The translations under genes and the position numbers were made by a program. A stretch of 63,868 nucleotides of DNA, counting the filler, from Octopus bimaculoides (lineage: Eukaryota), in the NCBI RefSeq assembly GCF_001194135.2. It is 8 parts of 6 records of this genome, joined end to end, with 100 filler letters (N's around TTAATTAATTAA, not from the genome) between each part and the next. Parts side by side here need not be neighbours in the genome. Positions count along the whole stretch, not along the records: positions 59,344 to 61,300 come from NC_068986.1; positions 61,401 to 62,715 come from NW_026337048.1; positions 62,816 to 63,868 come from NC_068985.1; 5 more parts are not named here. One strand, written 5' to 3'. Below are positions 61,031-63,868 of this stretch, one piece after another (within the stretch, counting starts at the first letter, position 1; every line of letters starts with the position of its first letter). The notes under the pieces were generated by a model. The model was not told the DNA's origin and did not search any database. It saw nothing but the letters and a program-made list of their open reading frames with translations.

Positions 61031-63264
61031 TGAAACAAAGAAAATGACAGCAAAAGCACTTTTATTTTGTGTTGACCCACACCTTGTTAGTAAAATTGGT
61101 AAGTGGGAAACATACAGAAGCCCATTGCGGTGATTTGGGATCTGAACTTCAAAAGCAAACATGTGATTGTACAGGAAACTGCTACTTAAGAGGAGAGAAT
61201 TTCTTCTAAGTTTATTTTTCTTATGTTGAGGAATCTACATCAAAGAGTGAGGAACATACATATATTTCTATATAATTCTTTATTTTTTTTTTTTTTTTTT
61301 NNNNNNNNNNNNNNNNNNNNNNNNNNNNNNNNNNNNNNNNNNNNTTAATTAATTAANNNNNNNNNNNNNNNNNNNNNNNNNNNNNNNNNNNNNNNNNNNN
61401 ACACACACACGCAGATGCACACATTCAGACTCATACACACAGATGTGCACATACACATCTAAACATACCTAAATATGTACATACATATATACACACACAT
61501 ACACACATACACACATACATACATACATACAGACAGACAGACAGACAAATATAAATACATTTGTATATTTATACATACATACCTAACCATACACACCCAC
61601 ATATACATTGGCCTACAATCTACATATATATATATATACACACGCACACATATATATATATGTATACATGCTAACGCATACATACATCTCACACAGACAC
61701 ATATATCCACACATATACATTAGCAATGTATGCATATTAAGTACACATACACACACACATACATACACACACACACNNNNNNNNNNCACACACACACACA
61801 CACACACACACGTACACACGTGGAATGGTGTATGTACACATGTAGAACATTACCCTGTTAATATATACCCATAGGCTGCTAAATATAATCCAAACCTGAC
61901 CCAGTAATTTCTACTAAGATATTTAGTCTGACTGACACAGACTTCTCCCCATCATCATCATCACCATCACCATCACCATCACCATCATCATCATCATGAA
62001 CAAAGAGAGCANNNNNNNNNNACCATCACCATCACCATCACCATCATCATCATCATGAACAAAGAGAGCAATCATTTAAACAAGCGGAAGTCAGAGATAG
62101 ACTGGGTAGGTTAATACACACACACACNNNNNNNNNNNNNNNNNNNNNNNNNNNNNNNNNNNNNNNNNNNNNNNNNNNNNNNNNNNNNNNNNNNNNNNNN
62201 NNNNNNNNNNNNNACATACAAATACACATACACACATACCTACATACATGCAAACAGAAACACATGTGTATATGCACACATGTATGTATACATGAATGTA
62301 TGAACATGTGTGTGTGTACACACATACTCATTTATATATATATATGTAGACATGTATATACTTTTATCTATAGATATATATGTATAAATATATATACATG
62401 TATGTATATTCATATGTACAAATATATATATCTATATATGTATATATATGTGTGTGTGTGTATATATATAATATATATACATGCATGTATTTATACACAG
62501 ATGTACACACAGACATATACACACATCAACAAACACATATGCATAAACAGACATGCATACATACACATACATGCATCTGTAGACACNNNNNNNNNNTATG
62601 CATAAACAGACATGCATACATACACATACATGCATCTGTAGACACATACACACACACACTAAGCTACATACATTTACATATAAGCACACAACGTACCCAC
62701 ATACATACATACATANNNNNNNNNNNNNNNNNNNNNNNNNNNNNNNNNNNNNNNNNNNNTTAATTAATTAANNNNNNNNNNNNNNNNNNNNNNNNNNNNN
62801 NNNNNNNNNNNNNNNGTTACCGTCAGCGAGTAGATAGGGCTCTTAATTGTAGATTTTAAATATTTGAGAGACAACAATGCATAAATCGTAATTTTTAAAA
62901 GAGCAATGAATTCTAGGTGAATAGAATATAACGTAGCATGAATTTAGGAAGCTTAACATCCTTAAATACACACAAACACACACACAAGAGCGCGCATAAC
63001 CTACACACACACACATACACAGAATATTAGGTATTTAAACTTGATTTGGCATATATCAAGGAAGTTTAATCTTTCGGTCAGGTTTTGAAGAGCATAATTA
63101 TTTTTTTGTTTCATATACTCTTTATCATTTCTTTTTTTGTTTTATGGAAAAATAAACTAACAAAATGAAAAGCAAAATAGCTTAAAATTTTATTATAATT
63201 ATATACCTTTTTGCAAATGCATCGAGAAAATATACATTATACTTACACACACGAACAGACACAG

Positions 63265-63462
63265 TTATATGCCTGTGTCTGTGTTTGCCCCCCCCCCCCC
63301 AACATCGCTTGACAGCCGATGCTGGTTTGTAAGCTAGCGGTTCGGCAAAAGAGATCGATAGAATAAGTACTAGGCTTACAAAGAATAAGTCCTGGGGTCG
63401 ATTTGCTCGACTAAAGGCGGTGCTCCAGCATGGCCACAGTCAAATGACTGAAACAAGTTAAA
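63265..63462 (+). mobile_element. SINE family B 3' half, near consensus
   Basis: tagcggttcggcaaaagagatcgatagaataagtactaggcttacaaagaataagtcctggggtcgatttgctcgactaaaggcggtgctccagcatggccacagtcaaatgactgaaacaag. Confidence 0.92.
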
Positions 63463-63814
63463 CAGTTAAACATACATACATACATATGCCTGTTCACGCG
63501 TGCGTGTGTCTAGGTATGTACGTACGTATGTATGCATGTATGTATGTATGTATGTATGTATGTATGTAGTGAATGGATGTCTTTCGGTTTCCACGGTTAG
63601 AATTCCATTTCTTCGATCAACTCTCTTCCCACTCTTTCTGTACATCATACATACATACATACATACACATATACGCACACATACGTACACACACAATACA
63701 CATACACGCACACACACGCACACATATACACTTGTATATGAGTGTTTACGAGTGCAGGTATACATATATGTATAAATATGTGTATATATATGTCTTTAAA
63801 TAGCTATATGTGTC

Positions 63815-63868
<54 letters not shown>

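Noticed and set aside
61960-62065. Direct duplication of accatcacc...gaacaaagagagca (poly-His-like)
   Set aside because: Copies flank a 10-N gap and are identical: unmerged overlapping contig ends. (CAT/CAC)n alone is not evidence of coding
62538-62646. ~49 bp exact direct repeat tatgcataaacagac...gtagacac
   Set aside because: Straddles a 10-N gap; assembly overlap artefact

Overview
AT-rich, microsatellite-saturated, gap-ridden eukaryotic DNA with no intact protein-coding gene or long ORF. Nearly all ORF-track entries are microsatellite or N-gap artefacts. The SINE families and repeat style resemble an octopus (cephalopod) draft assembly; this is inference from recognition, not proven. The window is a transposon landscape: about 25 copies or fragments of a tRNA-derived SINE (family A, three alternative 3' tails, several exact 15-16 bp TSDs); about 15 copies or fragments of a second tRNA-derived SINE with an internal microsatellite (family B); fossils of two mariner transposases, one hAT transposase, and RTE, CR1-like and I/Nimb-like LINEs; a probable LTR family (two copies); and many MITE or foldback elements. 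The most interesting signal is a set of type I hammerhead ribozyme (HHR) motifs of the Penelope-like element (PLE) kind. One lies in the tail of a tRNA-headed SINE-like element that forms a head-to-head inverted pair (35331-35752). A canonical one is at 52302-52352. Several others occur as outward-facing inverted pairs that superficially look like MITEs. A few isolated splice-site-bounded micro-ORFs hint at a host gene with very large introns, but none can be confirmed from sequence alone.
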